IMG/VR virus record: IMGVR_UViG_3300022602_000034
DNA: 64,000 nt
Source: an uncultured virus (IMG/VR IMGVR_UViG_3300022602_000034)
Taxonomy: Duplodnaviria; Heunggongvirae; Uroviricota; Caudoviricetes
Strand: one strand, 5' to 3'
Shown: in pieces, positions 39,125-49,423 of the stretch
Layout: each line of letters begins with the position of its first letter
Position numbering within the stretch: position 1 is the stretch's first letter
Position numbers and translations under genes: made by a program
Notes under the pieces: model-generated
What the model saw: only the letters and a program-made list of their open reading frames with translations
What the model was told of the DNA's origin: nothing
Database searches by the model: none

Positions 39125-39949
39125 TTAATCAGCACTTGCGTTTGCACCGCATTTTTGACGTTTTGCATTTGTCAATGCACCGAAGTCAACTTTCCATTCA
39201 GCACCAGGAGCAAGTTCTTTAGTACCTGCTGGCAATGCATATTGAACACCTGCTTGTTGTTCAATCTGACTGATTGGCATACGGAACTTGGTCAAGTCAT
39301 TACCCAAGTTAGGATAAGGAGCTGTGTGTGGGAACATCCAACCAGCAGCCTCGCCAGTTTGATTGTTTACAACGATCTTGTAGAAAGCGTGTGGAACAAC
39401 AACACCTTTACCAATTGTTTTATCACCGGCGCCATAAACGCCACCAGCTACAACCCAGTAACTTTGATTGCGCTGTACAGCCCAACCACGAACACTAGTT
39501 TCTAGTAGTTTCCAAATACCACGATTCAATGAACCAGCTTGTGGACTCATGTTAGTCATCAAGAAACTTTCGTACTCTACTTGAACATCCCAAGATAAGT
39601 CGCCATCAGGTGCCATGTGTCCTTTGTCATATCCTGTACCGGCGTAGTCGCCAGGTACGGCTCCATTAGGCACAAACTGATTGGCAGCAAAAGCGTTAGT
39701 ACGAGCCACACAGCCAATAGCATTTTGAGGAAGTAGTTCATACATTACAAACCTTGGTAGTTTAGCAGGTGCATCATATCCTACCAAATATGCTTGTTGA
39801 CATAGTGGTTGAATTTGACCCTGCACTTGTGGAAAACCGTAGGGTGCGTGTGCTTTACACTGATCTACGGGGAATGGTGGTCTTTGATTCCATGCAAAGC
39901 TAGACATTGCCGCTAGCAACAGACTTAGACCGATAAGAAATTTACGCAT
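39125..39949 (-). CDS. secreted DNA/RNA non-specific endonuclease (NucA/EndoG family)
   Basis: Signal peptide; GYDKGHMAP, TNMSPQ, LNRGIWKLLE and VPHAFYKIV motifs. Confidence 0.9.
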   Translation of the reverse strand: MRKFLIGLSLLLAAMSSFAWNQRPPFPVDQCKAHAPYGFPQVQGQIQPLCQQAYLVGYDAPAKLPRFVMYELLPQNAIGCVARTNAFAANQFVPNGAVPGDYAGTGYDKGHMAPDGDLSWDVQVEYESFLMTNMSPQAGSLNRGIWKLLETSVRGWAVQRNQSYWVVAGGVYGAGDKTIGKGVVVPHAFYKIVVNNQTGEAAGWMFPHTAPYPNLGNDLTKFRMPISQIEQQAGVQYALPAGTKELAPGAEWKVDFGALTNAKRQKCGANASAD

Positions 39950-40030
39950 TATATGCTCCTTTATAGTTACTTATTTATCACCTAACATGTTGACTTAAAA
40001 AGATAAATACTCTATAAGTGGAAAATAGAC

Positions 40031-40813
40031 ATGAGCACAATCACCCCCATTAATGTTGGTACATTAGCAAACGATGGAACAGGCGATCCGTTACAGGTTG
40101 CGTTTAGAAAGATTAATGATAACTTTACTCATTTGGGTAATTTAGTTCCTAACGGACCAACCGGATCATTGCAATTTATTGATGCTAATGGTTATTTTGC
40201 AGGTACAGCGAATGCGGTATATGACAGTACACATAACCAATTAGATTTAGGTGCAACTGTTGTTCCGTTAAATGATGCAGGTATTGACTTAGGAACTGCA
40301 AACAGTCGTATTGGTAATTTATATCTAGCAAATACATTTGCATTGGGTAATATCAGTGTCAGTGAAAGTGCTAACACAATCAGTTTTCCAGTCACAACTT
40401 TCCCAAGTAAATTAGCAGATTTGCATTTTAATAATGCTAACTTAGATGGTAATTTATCAGTAAGCGGCACAGTTACTTTTGAAGCTATTAATATCGGTAA
40501 GTTCAGTGTAACAACACCTGACAATACTACCAATCAAGTTATTTTTCAAATGCCAGCAAGTCAATTCAATGCAGGTGTTTTTCAGATTACATCACGTGAC
40601 GGGTCAACTAGTAGCCAAACAGTCACATTAAGCGTAATGACTAAGAATGATGGATCTAGTGTTCATTTTAGTGCTTACGGTACAGTGTTTATTGGTTATG
40701 CATTAACAAGATATAACGTGGATATTGGTTATGGAAATGTTAGAATCATGGTTAATCCAATATTAAATACTAGTATAACACACGTTGGAACATACGAAAT
40801 AACACAGGAATAA
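40031..40813 (+). CDS. baseplate/fibre protein with a T4 gp9/gp10-like N-terminus
   Basis: INVGTLANDGTGDPLQVAFRKINDNF. Confidence 0.7.
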   Translation: MSTITPINVGTLANDGTGDPLQVAFRKINDNFTHLGNLVPNGPTGSLQFIDANGYFAGTANAVYDSTHNQLDLGATVVPLNDAGIDLGTANSRIGNLYLANTFALGNISVSESANTISFPVTTFPSKLADLHFNNANLDGNLSVSGTVTFEAINIGKFSVTTPDNTTNQVIFQMPASQFNAGVFQITSRDGSTSSQTVTLSVMTKNDGSSVHFSAYGTVFIGYALTRYNVDIGYGNVRIMVNPILNTSITHVGTYEITQE

Positions 40814-40814
40814 T

Positions 40815-41234
40815 ATGAGAGCAAGCGAATTTATTGTTGAGGCAGGCCCACCAAGAGGTAAGATACACAAAGACCATAACAATGTCAGCAAAGGAACTAC
40901 AATTTCCCGTGACGTTGGTGGCTACGACCGTGTATATCACATGAACCGTATTTGGATGGCTACAGCTATGGCTGATGGGAAATCAACTAAACCAGTTGAT
41001 ATGGATCCCGCAGCTTATACTGAGAAATTCAACAGTGCTCATCCCTACACCAAAGAAGAACATAATATGTTGCAAGCAGCATACAAAACTGTTCCAAGTG
41101 AGCATTATGAAGTTACACCGTGGTCTGCAAGCAAAGAACCAGAAGACATTCATCGTGTAAGTCCTGTTACAGGATTCAAAGGCTTTGGTAAAGCTAAGAA
41201 AACTACCGACAAAAAAGCTAAAAAGAAAAAATAA
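40815..41234 (+). CDS. hypothetical protein with an MRASEFIVE leader
   Basis: 139 aa; K-rich tail. Confidence 0.6.
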   Translation: MRASEFIVEAGPPRGKIHKDHNNVSKGTTISRDVGGYDRVYHMNRIWMATAMADGKSTKPVDMDPAAYTEKFNSAHPYTKEEHNMLQAAYKTVPSEHYEVTPWSASKEPEDIHRVSPVTGFKGFGKAKKTTDKKAKKKK

Positions 41235-41263
41235 TATCACTGACTCTATGAATAAGTAGAGTT

Positions 41264-41950
41264 ATGATTGATATTAACAAAACCCTAGACTTAATTAAAC
41301 TCAAATTTTTCAATGAATGGCTATACGTAAGTCACTATAGTGACGAAGGTGAAAGTGAATTCCACAAATCACTTACCAAGCAAATCATGCAAGAATATAT
41401 AGATACCATTCAGATTAATAAAGACGGCTTGGTTCTTAACATTAATTGCGGTGGAGGATATGCATTGCAAGAGTTAAAAGACCGTGGATTTACTAACGTA
41501 ATTGGAACTACATTAAGCGAAGTAGATGAAAAAATCTGCAAAGACAAAGAATTGAACGTTAAAATTTATGATCCAACTTGCTTGCCACAAAGTGAAGGAT
41601 TCTATGAAGAAAGCGTTGAGTTTATTCTAGCACGACATGTATTGAGCAAAAGCCCATACCCAATCTTTACTTTAGCTGAATATAATCGTATATTAAAACA
41701 GTTTGGTAAATTGTATATAGAAGTCCCTGCCCCAGAGAATGAGAGGATGCATGAACGTCAACCTGACAATTATAGTATTTTAACAGCTTTACAATGGGCA
41801 GCATTATTTGAACGTACAGGTTTTGCGGTAGATCGTTTCAACACGATTGAGTTTGACTTAAATTATACAGAAGATGATGTTCCCAAAACAGTTAAAGAAA
41901 AATACTTTTGCATTTTACTAACAAAACAAAGGCCACTCGACCTCAAATAA
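41264..41950 (+). CDS. class I SAM-dependent methyltransferase
   Basis: VLNINCGGGY motif I variant; ARHVLSKSPYP; RILKQFGKLYIEVP. Confidence 0.75.
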   Translation: MIDINKTLDLIKLKFFNEWLYVSHYSDEGESEFHKSLTKQIMQEYIDTIQINKDGLVLNINCGGGYALQELKDRGFTNVIGTTLSEVDEKICKDKELNVKIYDPTCLPQSEGFYEESVEFILARHVLSKSPYPIFTLAEYNRILKQFGKLYIEVPAPENERMHERQPDNYSILTALQWAALFERTGFAVDRFNTIEFDLNYTEDDVPKTVKEKYFCILLTKQRPLDLK

Positions 41951-41957
41951 ATAGTTG

Positions 41958-42233
41958 ATGTTCGATCCCTTTCAACAAGCAAAATTAATGAACGGATTTG
42001 ATAAACTCAAGTCCGTTCCTACACCAGCTAGTGATATCAATTCAGTAGATGAATTACAGAAATTAGCTGGAATCACACCCGGACAAACAAGTTACGGGGA
42101 AACAATTAGCCAACGTGCTACCAATCTTGGACAGATTCAGCGTGAAAGAAACATTCGCCCGGGCACTGATGAGTGGTTTAGATTATGGTTTAGTAAACCT
42201 GAACTAACGGGAGAGACACCCTATGATAAATAA
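41958..42233 (+). CDS. hypothetical protein (IRPGTDEWFRLWF family)
   Basis: TAAATA ends 4 nt before the ATG; has a degraded paralog at 44529. Confidence 0.65.
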   Translation: MFDPFQQAKLMNGFDKLKSVPTPASDINSVDELQKLAGITPGQTSYGETISQRATNLGQIQRERNIRPGTDEWFRLWFSKPELTGETPYDK

Positions 42234-42249
42234 TACATAGGATATTAAA

Positions 42250-43224
42250 ATGGCAGCTAACGGAATCTCAACATTAACAACAAAAGAAGCGAGGCAAAAA
42301 GCCAAACTAGATATCGCTCAGGCTAAACGCCAGGGTAAAACTGTTGCTATTGATGGTACCATAACAGGTTCAGAAGATTCCACACAACCATATTATAGAA
42401 ACGATAACATTTACGATATTACATTATTACCCACAGAATATAGTGGTAATGATCTTGTAGATAACAATAACAATGGTGGTTTACAAACAGGTAGACCTTG
42501 GGAAGTTTTAGCACTTGAATCTAACTTATTAGTTGATTTGAGCACATCAAACGATGCAAGTTATCCTGGTACAGGAACTGCTTGGAATGACGTTAGCGGC
42601 AATACCAATAACTTCACATTATACAATTCACCTACTTATACGCAAGCAGAGCCAGGGTATTTTACATTTAATCCTAGCAATGCACAATATGCAGAGGCAG
42701 CTACATTAGGTAGTTTAACACAATGGACAGTTGAAGCATGGTTTAGAACCAGTGCTGATTTATCAGCAGCAGGCCCAACAGGGGCAACCGCACTGGTCAC
42801 AACAACATATCAAGAAGGTAGTAATTTCTATAATGCAATTAATTTCTGCATTACAAATTACAATGGTGTATCTGGTGCCGAGAGTAGTGTTCGTGTAGGT
42901 TTCTATAATGGATCATGGCATGTTACAAGTCCAGCATCTCCGTTAATTCCTACGATTGGAGAATGGTATCATGTCGTTGGTACATATGATGGTACTTATT
43001 TAAAACAATATAACAATGGAGTATACGCCAGTGTTGTAACAGTAGGAGCAGTCAGCGGATCAGGTAACGGTACAGTGCGTGTTGGTCGTAGATGGGACGG
43101 TGATACTTCTAGTAAGTACTTCTTCCCAGGCGATGTTGGCGTAGTCAGAATATACAACGGGGCACTAACTGCTGATCAGGTTACAGAAAACTTTAACCAA
43201 GAACGAGCAAGATTTGGTATTTAA
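42250..43224 (+). CDS. LamG/concanavalin A-like lectin domain protein
   Basis: SYPGTGTAWNDVSGN, WTVEAWF, WYHVVGTYDG and IYNGALT..QV..NF motifs. Confidence 0.8.
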   Translation: MAANGISTLTTKEARQKAKLDIAQAKRQGKTVAIDGTITGSEDSTQPYYRNDNIYDITLLPTEYSGNDLVDNNNNGGLQTGRPWEVLALESNLLVDLSTSNDASYPGTGTAWNDVSGNTNNFTLYNSPTYTQAEPGYFTFNPSNAQYAEAATLGSLTQWTVEAWFRTSADLSAAGPTGATALVTTTYQEGSNFYNAINFCITNYNGVSGAESSVRVGFYNGSWHVTSPASPLIPTIGEWYHVVGTYDGTYLKQYNNGVYASVVTVGAVSGSGNGTVRVGRRWDGDTSSKYFFPGDVGVVRIYNGALTADQVTENFNQERARFGI

Positions 43225-43249
43225 TATACCAATATAATAAGGAAATAAA

Positions 43250-43588
43250 ATGCAAATCAGCGAACTATTAAGAACATTAGCAGACAAACTAGACGGCATC
43301 GCCGGCGGTGAAGTTGCACAAGCTGATTCAGAAAATCAAACAGCAAATTTCTTACAACAAACTAAAGCTGTACAGAATGACAATCAAAATAAAGCAAGTG
43401 ATGCTAGTGAAGAATTAGGTGACTTTATTCCCCCACTACAACAAAAAATTGAACTAATGAAGAAAGCAGTTGATGTTCCTAATTACTATGACGAAGAAGG
43501 CAATCCTGACGAGTTAGTAGTTATTAAAAAGAACGCAGGTATCAATCCAGCATCATTATTTGGCGGTGACGAACCTTTTGAGGGTTAA
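43250..43588 (+). CDS. hypothetical protein
   Basis: MQISELL start; PPLQQKIELMKK. Confidence 0.6.
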   Translation: MQISELLRTLADKLDGIAGGEVAQADSENQTANFLQQTKAVQNDNQNKASDASEELGDFIPPLQQKIELMKKAVDVPNYYDEEGNPDELVVIKKNAGINPASLFGGDEPFEG

Positions 43589-43590
43589 TC

Positions 43591-44529
43591 ATGTCAATTC
43601 AAAAATTATTTACAGGTCGTGTCAATAACATAGACTCCGCTAACTATGTAGGAGAATTAGGTCGCATTTGGTATGATCCAAACACTAATGCACTTTTCTA
43701 TAGTGATGGTAGTACAGTCGGTGGCGTGCCGGTAGGAGGTGGAGCACACGCTGATCCTGCAGGCCCAGTTGGTTCTGTTCAATTAAACGCTGGAGGCAAC
43801 TTATTCACTGGTTCAGCAAATCTTTCATTTACTAACAACACATTAAAATCTGGTAATGTCATTCCTGTTACAGACAATACTTATTTTTTGGGTGACGAAA
43901 CACATCGTTGGGCTAACTTATGGTTAGGTCCAGGTACTATCTATATTACTGATAGTGCTAATACTGCTAATACTGCTGAACTGACAGTAAGTAATAGTAT
44001 ATTACAAGTTAACGGTGCAACAGGATTACAAGCAAACTTGGTTGCTGGTAATAGTACACTAACATTAGACAGTAATGCTAATGTTACTATAACTGTAGCT
44101 GGCTCAGACAACAGTTGGACGTTTGATGACACCAATAAATTTACTACACCCGGCAATGTCCTCGTACAGGACAGCAATCAAAATGATATCATTGAATTAA
44201 GAACTGATGGCAATATCGCATTTAATGGTAGTTCCACATTATCGGTAAATGGCGGATTCTTTGTTAGTTCAGTTGGATCAACAGACGGTCAAGGCAATAT
44301 AGTAACTTACGACAGCGGTGAGTTTAAGTACGGACCTCAACTAAAAGATTATTCAGGCAACATCGGTGCCAACAACATCACAATAACTGGCTTATTGAAA
44401 GCACCACAAACAACTAAAGCATCTAATGCTACAGGAACACCTGGACAAATCTGTTGGGATGCAAACTATATCTATGTATGCACAGCCACAAATACTTGGA
44501 AGCGTAGTCCATTAACAGGCGGATATTAA
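43591..44529 (+). CDS. tail fibre-like structural protein
   Basis: YVGELGRIWYD...SDGSTVGG N-terminus; GTPGQICWDANYIYVCTATNTWKR C-terminus. Confidence 0.7.
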   Translation: MSIQKLFTGRVNNIDSANYVGELGRIWYDPNTNALFYSDGSTVGGVPVGGGAHADPAGPVGSVQLNAGGNLFTGSANLSFTNNTLKSGNVIPVTDNTYFLGDETHRWANLWLGPGTIYITDSANTANTAELTVSNSILQVNGATGLQANLVAGNSTLTLDSNANVTITVAGSDNSWTFDDTNKFTTPGNVLVQDSNQNDIIELRTDGNIAFNGSSTLSVNGGFFVSSVGSTDGQGNIVTYDSGEFKYGPQLKDYSGNIGANNITITGLLKAPQTTKASNATGTPGQICWDANYIYVCTATNTWKRSPLTGGY

Positions 44530-44806
44530 TGTTTGACGCATTTAAGTAAGCTAAGTTACAAAATGCATACAAGTCCATGAAGGAGTATAAACCTGCTCCT
44601 GAAAAAGACATGTCGTTAGAAGAACTAAAGCGTTTAAGCGGAAACGGCAAGATAACAGGAGAGACAAATGTAACTCCTAATTCTGCTCTAGCAACTAAAA
44701 AGCAGAATACATGCGTGAAAACAATATTCGTCCGGGTGACAAAGAGTGGTTCAAACTGTGGTTCGCACAGCCCCATATTACAGGTGAAAACCCTTTTTCA
44801 AAATAG
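44529..44806 (+). pseudogene. disrupted paralog of 41958..42233
   Basis: MFDAFK*AKLQN...ELKRLSG...[frameshift near 44700]...MRENNIRPGDKEWFKLWFAQPHITGENPFSK*. Confidence 0.7.
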
Positions 44807-44831
44807 TAGCAGTTTTTTGCTAAATAAAATT

Positions 44832-46379
44832 ATGAGCGGGACACCTACCTTAGTTAAAACACCGTATGTGAAAACAAAATTTCACACACAAAAAGAACTT
44901 GATGACTATATCAAGTGTTGTGATCCGGACACAGGTCATATGTATTTCATGGATAACTTTTTTATGATTCAGCACCCAACTAGGGGTAGCATGAATTATC
45001 ATCCATGGGAATTTCAAAAACGATTGATTGAAAATTATCACAAATATCGTTTTAGTATTAGTTTGATGCCACGACAAACAGGTAAGTCAACGAGTGCTGC
45101 TGGCTATCTACTTTGGTATGCAATGTTTGTACCAGATAGCACTATTCTTATCGCAGCACACAAATACACCGGTGCTCAAGAAATTATGCAGCGTATTCGT
45201 TACGCTTATGAAAACTGCCCCGATCATATTAAAGCAGGTGCAGTTGACTACAACAAAGGTAGTTTAACGTTTGATAACGGATCACGTATTGTTTCAGCAA
45301 CAACTACTGAAAACACTGGTCGTGGTATGTCTATCACACTATTATATCTTGACGAGTTTGCATTCGTTCGTCCTAGTATCGCACAAGAGTTTTGGACATC
45401 TATCACACCCACACTAGCAACTGGTGGTAAAGCTATTATTACAAGTACGCCCAATAGTGACGAAGATACTTTTTCTATGATTTGGAAACAAGCCAATAAA
45501 TGTATTGACGAATATGGTAACGTAACTGAAGTTGGAGTGAATGGGTACAAAGCATATCGTGCATACTGGCAAGAGCATCCAGAACGTGACGAAGCATGGG
45601 CAGAAGATATGAAGGCTAAACTCGGGGAAGATAGATTCCGTCGAGAAATTGGTTGCGAGTTCATTATCGCTGATGAAACATTGATTGCTCCTACTACATT
45701 AATTGATTTAGAAGGAATTGACCCTATTTTTCGTCAAGGACAAGTTCGTTGGTTTAAGAAACCCACAAAGGGTAATATCTATTGTGTAGGATTAGATCCG
45801 AGTCTTGGCACCGGCGGTGATCCTGCAGCTATACAAATTTACGAAGCAAATACAACAACACAAATTGGTGAATGGAAACACAATAAAACTCCTATACCAG
45901 AACAAATCAAACTGTTAGCAGTTATCAACAAGTATATTGTTGACTGTACAAACGAACCAAACAACTTATATTATTCAATTGAGAATAATAGTATAGGTGA
46001 AGCTGCATTAGTGTCATTGGATGAGTTTGGTGAAGCAAACATTCCTGGTACATTAATGAGTGAAGGTGGAAAAACTCGCAGAGGATTTAACACTAGCAAA
46101 CCTACTAAACTTGCTGCTTGTGCTAAGTTTAAAACATTAGTAGAAACTAGAAAAATGAAGATAAACAGTCAAGCACTGATAGGTGAATTAAAGAGTTTTG
46201 TAGCTGTAGGTGGCAGTTTTAAAGCCAAAATTGGCGAAAATGATGACTTAGTGATGGCTGCACTGTTAGTTGTACGTATGTTGCAGCAACTTAGTGACTA
46301 TCATTATGATTTGGAAGAACAAATGCGTGACCATGATGAAATTATTACACCGCTACCCTTCTTTGCTGTATTTGCATAA
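44832..46379 (+). CDS. terL: terminase large subunit (T4 gp17-like)
   Basis: PRQTGKS Walker A, LDEFAF Walker B, ITSTPN, GLDPS and DDLVMA; true start at ATG44832. Confidence 0.95.
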   Translation: MSGTPTLVKTPYVKTKFHTQKELDDYIKCCDPDTGHMYFMDNFFMIQHPTRGSMNYHPWEFQKRLIENYHKYRFSISLMPRQTGKSTSAAGYLLWYAMFVPDSTILIAAHKYTGAQEIMQRIRYAYENCPDHIKAGAVDYNKGSLTFDNGSRIVSATTTENTGRGMSITLLYLDEFAFVRPSIAQEFWTSITPTLATGGKAIITSTPNSDEDTFSMIWKQANKCIDEYGNVTEVGVNGYKAYRAYWQEHPERDEAWAEDMKAKLGEDRFRREIGCEFIIADETLIAPTTLIDLEGIDPIFRQGQVRWFKKPTKGNIYCVGLDPSLGTGGDPAAIQIYEANTTTQIGEWKHNKTPIPEQIKLLAVINKYIVDCTNEPNNLYYSIENNSIGEAALVSLDEFGEANIPGTLMSEGGKTRRGFNTSKPTKLAACAKFKTLVETRKMKINSQALIGELKSFVAVGGSFKAKIGENDDLVMAALLVVRMLQQLSDYHYDLEEQMRDHDEIITPLPFFAVFA

Positions 46380-46401
46380 ATACACTATTGAGATTTAAAC
46401 T

Positions 46402-47763
46402 ATGCCAAAGAACCAAGATTCCATCAAAGAAGAACTACGTGGTCTATTAAAGACACGTGGATATAGCCCAGAAATGTTTGACAGTTCTGGTAAAAGTGCT
46501 CCAGTACCACAAGAAGCTGAACTAGTTCAGTTTGAATTTAAGAAAGATGGTAAGGATTATGGTCCTGTAACTATCGGTATTGATGGTTCAAACAAAATGA
46601 ACATTTACTTTGGTGACGATGTAGCGAACAGCCCAAGTGCAGGTGATGAGGATGACTTGTCATGGTCGCATTTACTCAACCATCTAAAGCGTTTTGCTAT
46701 TGGTAACAATCTAAGACCTAATAGTAAAGATATTGACGATTTAAAATACGATATGGCTAAAAGAGATTATAACAAACGTGAGGGTCTACGTGAAGGCTAT
46801 CATAGTATGGGTAAGAAACAAAGTTATAATGATGTAATCCCGGAAACAAAGATTATTATTAAGCACAGTAGAAACATTGAAGAAGGTGAACAACGTTATC
46901 GTAACGTTGAACGTATCTTTATTGAAAATGCAGTTGGTGAAAGAATATTAGCACCAACTACTAAACCAGGTATTGCACAAGTGTATGCTCGTCATATTGC
47001 TGAAGGTGGACTACCACATGATGAACGTTGGAACCACATCAAGGGATTGTGTGAAGAATACAGTAAGATGGCAGGATTTGTTCGTGCAACTCGCGGTAAG
47101 CAATTTAATGAGTCTGCACAAAAACTAGTTGAAAGTGGTTTAAATCATTATGTTAGTTTGCGTGAATCATTGAGCAAGATGCGTGGCAAAAAAGGCTACA
47201 ACAATTACTTTGAATCTTGGACTCCTCCATTAATGGAAGATGAAGTATCAGGTGACTTGAGTGAAATGTTTATGAGTAGTTCACTTGATCCGCGCATTGA
47301 AAGTGTAATGCCAATCTTATCTAAATTGAATAAGAATCTAACTGAATCCCCAATGGCAGAGGTAGTTGCATTAGAAGATTGGGTTAATGAAGTCACGACC
47401 GATCAAGATGAAGTTGACTATGGCGACAAATACCAAGATATGGTAAGTCGTGTGGGTAAAAAAGCAAAAGAACAAGAAAAACGTAAACCTGTTGATATTA
47501 AAGATTTGGCTAGACGACTACATGCTATTGGTACTAAACAAAAAGATGTTAGTGAAGGTGAGATAACTCCTGTACCAACTGGTCACAAAGGATTAAACAA
47601 ACAACAAAAAGCAGCAGGACAAGTTGGCCCCGCTGAAAAGTTTAGCACAGGTCCTATATTAGGTGCACCGGAGAAAAGCGAAAAAGGTTTACGAGGTAGA
47701 CTAGTTGGCGCTGAAAGCGTAGACCATTCAATCAAAAACTTAAAGAAACTTTCTGGTCTATGA
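46402..47763 (+). CDS. hypothetical (probable virion/head) protein
   Basis: 453 aa downstream of terL; ends KNLKKLSGL. Confidence 0.6.
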   Translation: MPKNQDSIKEELRGLLKTRGYSPEMFDSSGKSAPVPQEAELVQFEFKKDGKDYGPVTIGIDGSNKMNIYFGDDVANSPSAGDEDDLSWSHLLNHLKRFAIGNNLRPNSKDIDDLKYDMAKRDYNKREGLREGYHSMGKKQSYNDVIPETKIIIKHSRNIEEGEQRYRNVERIFIENAVGERILAPTTKPGIAQVYARHIAEGGLPHDERWNHIKGLCEEYSKMAGFVRATRGKQFNESAQKLVESGLNHYVSLRESLSKMRGKKGYNNYFESWTPPLMEDEVSGDLSEMFMSSSLDPRIESVMPILSKLNKNLTESPMAEVVALEDWVNEVTTDQDEVDYGDKYQDMVSRVGKKAKEQEKRKPVDIKDLARRLHAIGTKQKDVSEGEITPVPTGHKGLNKQQKAAGQVGPAEKFSTGPILGAPEKSEKGLRGRLVGAESVDHSIKNLKKLSGL

Positions 47764-48014
47764 AACAACTTAACCTATTAGAGTCTTGGGCTGATAGTGT
47801 TATTGAAGGTAGCTATTTTAAGTCACATCGTGGTATCGGTGATCCAATGAAAGAATTGGGTGACTGGCCTGATTCAGTAGTTACAGAAAAAGAACAACGT
47901 GTGGACAACGGTGATACAACGCAAACCAAAAAAATTAATCATACTAAACATGAAGAAGAAAAAGTTGAATCACAAATTAAACGTATTGTCCGATTATTGA
48001 AAAAACCTAACTAA
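47760..48014 (+). CDS. hypothetical protein
   Basis: 84 aa, ATGA overlap. Confidence 0.5.
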   Translation: MKQLNLLESWADSVIEGSYFKSHRGIGDPMKELGDWPDSVVTEKEQRVDNGDTTQTKKINHTKHEEEKVESQIKRIVRLLKKPN

Positions 48015-48153
48015 AAAATGTGTTTACCCTAAAGAGGGATAAATACACTTGACGTTGATGAATAGTTTTGCTATACTATCTTCTACGTTAGATACTAATA
48101 GGTAGTATCGAATATTAAACAGAGACCATCTCAATTTATTAAGGAAAAAAATC

Positions 48154-49158
48154 ATGGCATCATTAGCAGAAATCCGCGCTCGTTTAGCAGCGCAAGAAAA
48201 CAAAGGTCAGAACAAAGGTTCTAACACTCAGTCTGACAACTCAGTATACCCCCATTGGAACATTGACGAAGGTACAACAGCTACCGTACGTTTCCTACCT
48301 GATGGCGACACAAGTAACACATACTTCTGGGTAGAAAAAGCAATGATTAAACTCCCATTCAACGGAGTTAAAGGTGACAGCAACTTCAAACAATTGGTCG
48401 TACAAGTTCCATGTAACGATATGTATGTACCAAATAGCTGCCCAATCTTGGCAGAAGTTCGCCCATGGTACAAGGACGAAAGTTTGAAAGAAATGGCAAA
48501 CAAATATTGGAAGAAACGTACATACATCTTCCAAGGTTTTGTTCGTCAAAACCCACTAGGTAACGATACAACTCCAGCGAACCCGATTCGCCGATTCATC
48601 GTTAGCCCACAAATCATTCCTGTTATCAAAGCAGGTTTGATGGATCCTGAAATCATGGAATTGCCAACTGACTACCAACATGGTCTTGACTTCAACATCA
48701 AGAAAACAAGTAAAGGTGGTTATGCAGATTACTCAACCAGTAACTGGGCACGCCGTGAATCTGCATTAACTGATGCAGAATTGGCAGCAATTGAAGCACA
48801 CGGTTTGTTTGATTTGAAATCATTCTTACCAAAACAACCAACAGATGCAGAATTGCGTATCATCAAGGAAATGTTTGAGGCTTCAGTAGAAGGTCAACCA
48901 TATGACTTAGCACGTTGGGGCAATTACTACAAACCATATGGTCTTGAAGCTCCTGCAGGTTCAACAGCGGACACAACATCAGCAGCACCGACCGTGGCTG
49001 CACCCGCAACTCAACCCGTAGCAGAAACATCAACACCATGGGAAGATGAACCACAAGCAGCAACTCAACCTGTTCAAGTACCAAATGCAGCTCCAAGTAG
49101 TGACAAAGCAAACGACATTCTAGCAATGATTCGTGCTCGTCAAGGTAAAACTGCCTAA
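48154..49158 (+). CDS. single-stranded DNA-binding protein (T4 gp32-like)
   Basis: VRFLPDG, CPI, YWKKR and GYADYSTS motifs; low-complexity C-terminal region; sigma70 promoter at 48049-48077. Confidence 0.88.
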   Translation: MASLAEIRARLAAQENKGQNKGSNTQSDNSVYPHWNIDEGTTATVRFLPDGDTSNTYFWVEKAMIKLPFNGVKGDSNFKQLVVQVPCNDMYVPNSCPILAEVRPWYKDESLKEMANKYWKKRTYIFQGFVRQNPLGNDTTPANPIRRFIVSPQIIPVIKAGLMDPEIMELPTDYQHGLDFNIKKTSKGGYADYSTSNWARRESALTDAELAAIEAHGLFDLKSFLPKQPTDAELRIIKEMFEASVEGQPYDLARWGNYYKPYGLEAPAGSTADTTSAAPTVAAPATQPVAETSTPWEDEPQAATQPVQVPNAAPSSDKANDILAMIRARQGKTA

Positions 49159-49165
49159 TAGAAAT

Positions 49166-49182
49166 AGGGGCTTCGGCCCCTT
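49166..49182 (+). terminator. UUCG hairpin/terminator after the SSB gene
   Basis: AGGGGC-TTCG-GCCCCTT. Confidence 0.6.
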
Positions 49183-49195
49183 CTAAGGAGTACAC

Positions 49196-49423
49196 ATGAC
49201 ACTACCTGACGAAAGATACCGCGCCCTAAAGCAAGGTAAAAAACTATTGGAAGAACTGTGTGACCCTGGCAAAACACCTAGGGTCCCTAGTATAGTTCGC
49301 GACCGTGCGAGGGGTGCATTACGCCATTTCCCGTCAGACTATGAAATTGACACAATGGCGAATGAACACCCTCAACTATTAGACAAACAATTAATTGGAG
49401 AGAAAATTGGGAAAACCATTTGA
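49196..49423 (+). CDS. hypothetical protein
   Basis: MTLPDERYRAL...TPRVP...LRHFP; SD AAGGAG. Confidence 0.7.
   Translation: MTLPDERYRALKQGKKLLEELCDPGKTPRVPSIVRDRARGALRHFPSDYEIDTMANEHPQLLDKQLIGEKIGKTI

Noticed and set aside
44577..44831. 85-aa N-terminal extension of the terminase in the ORF track
   Set aside because: Derived from a frameshifted upstream paralog; ATG44832 follows the TAAATA motif
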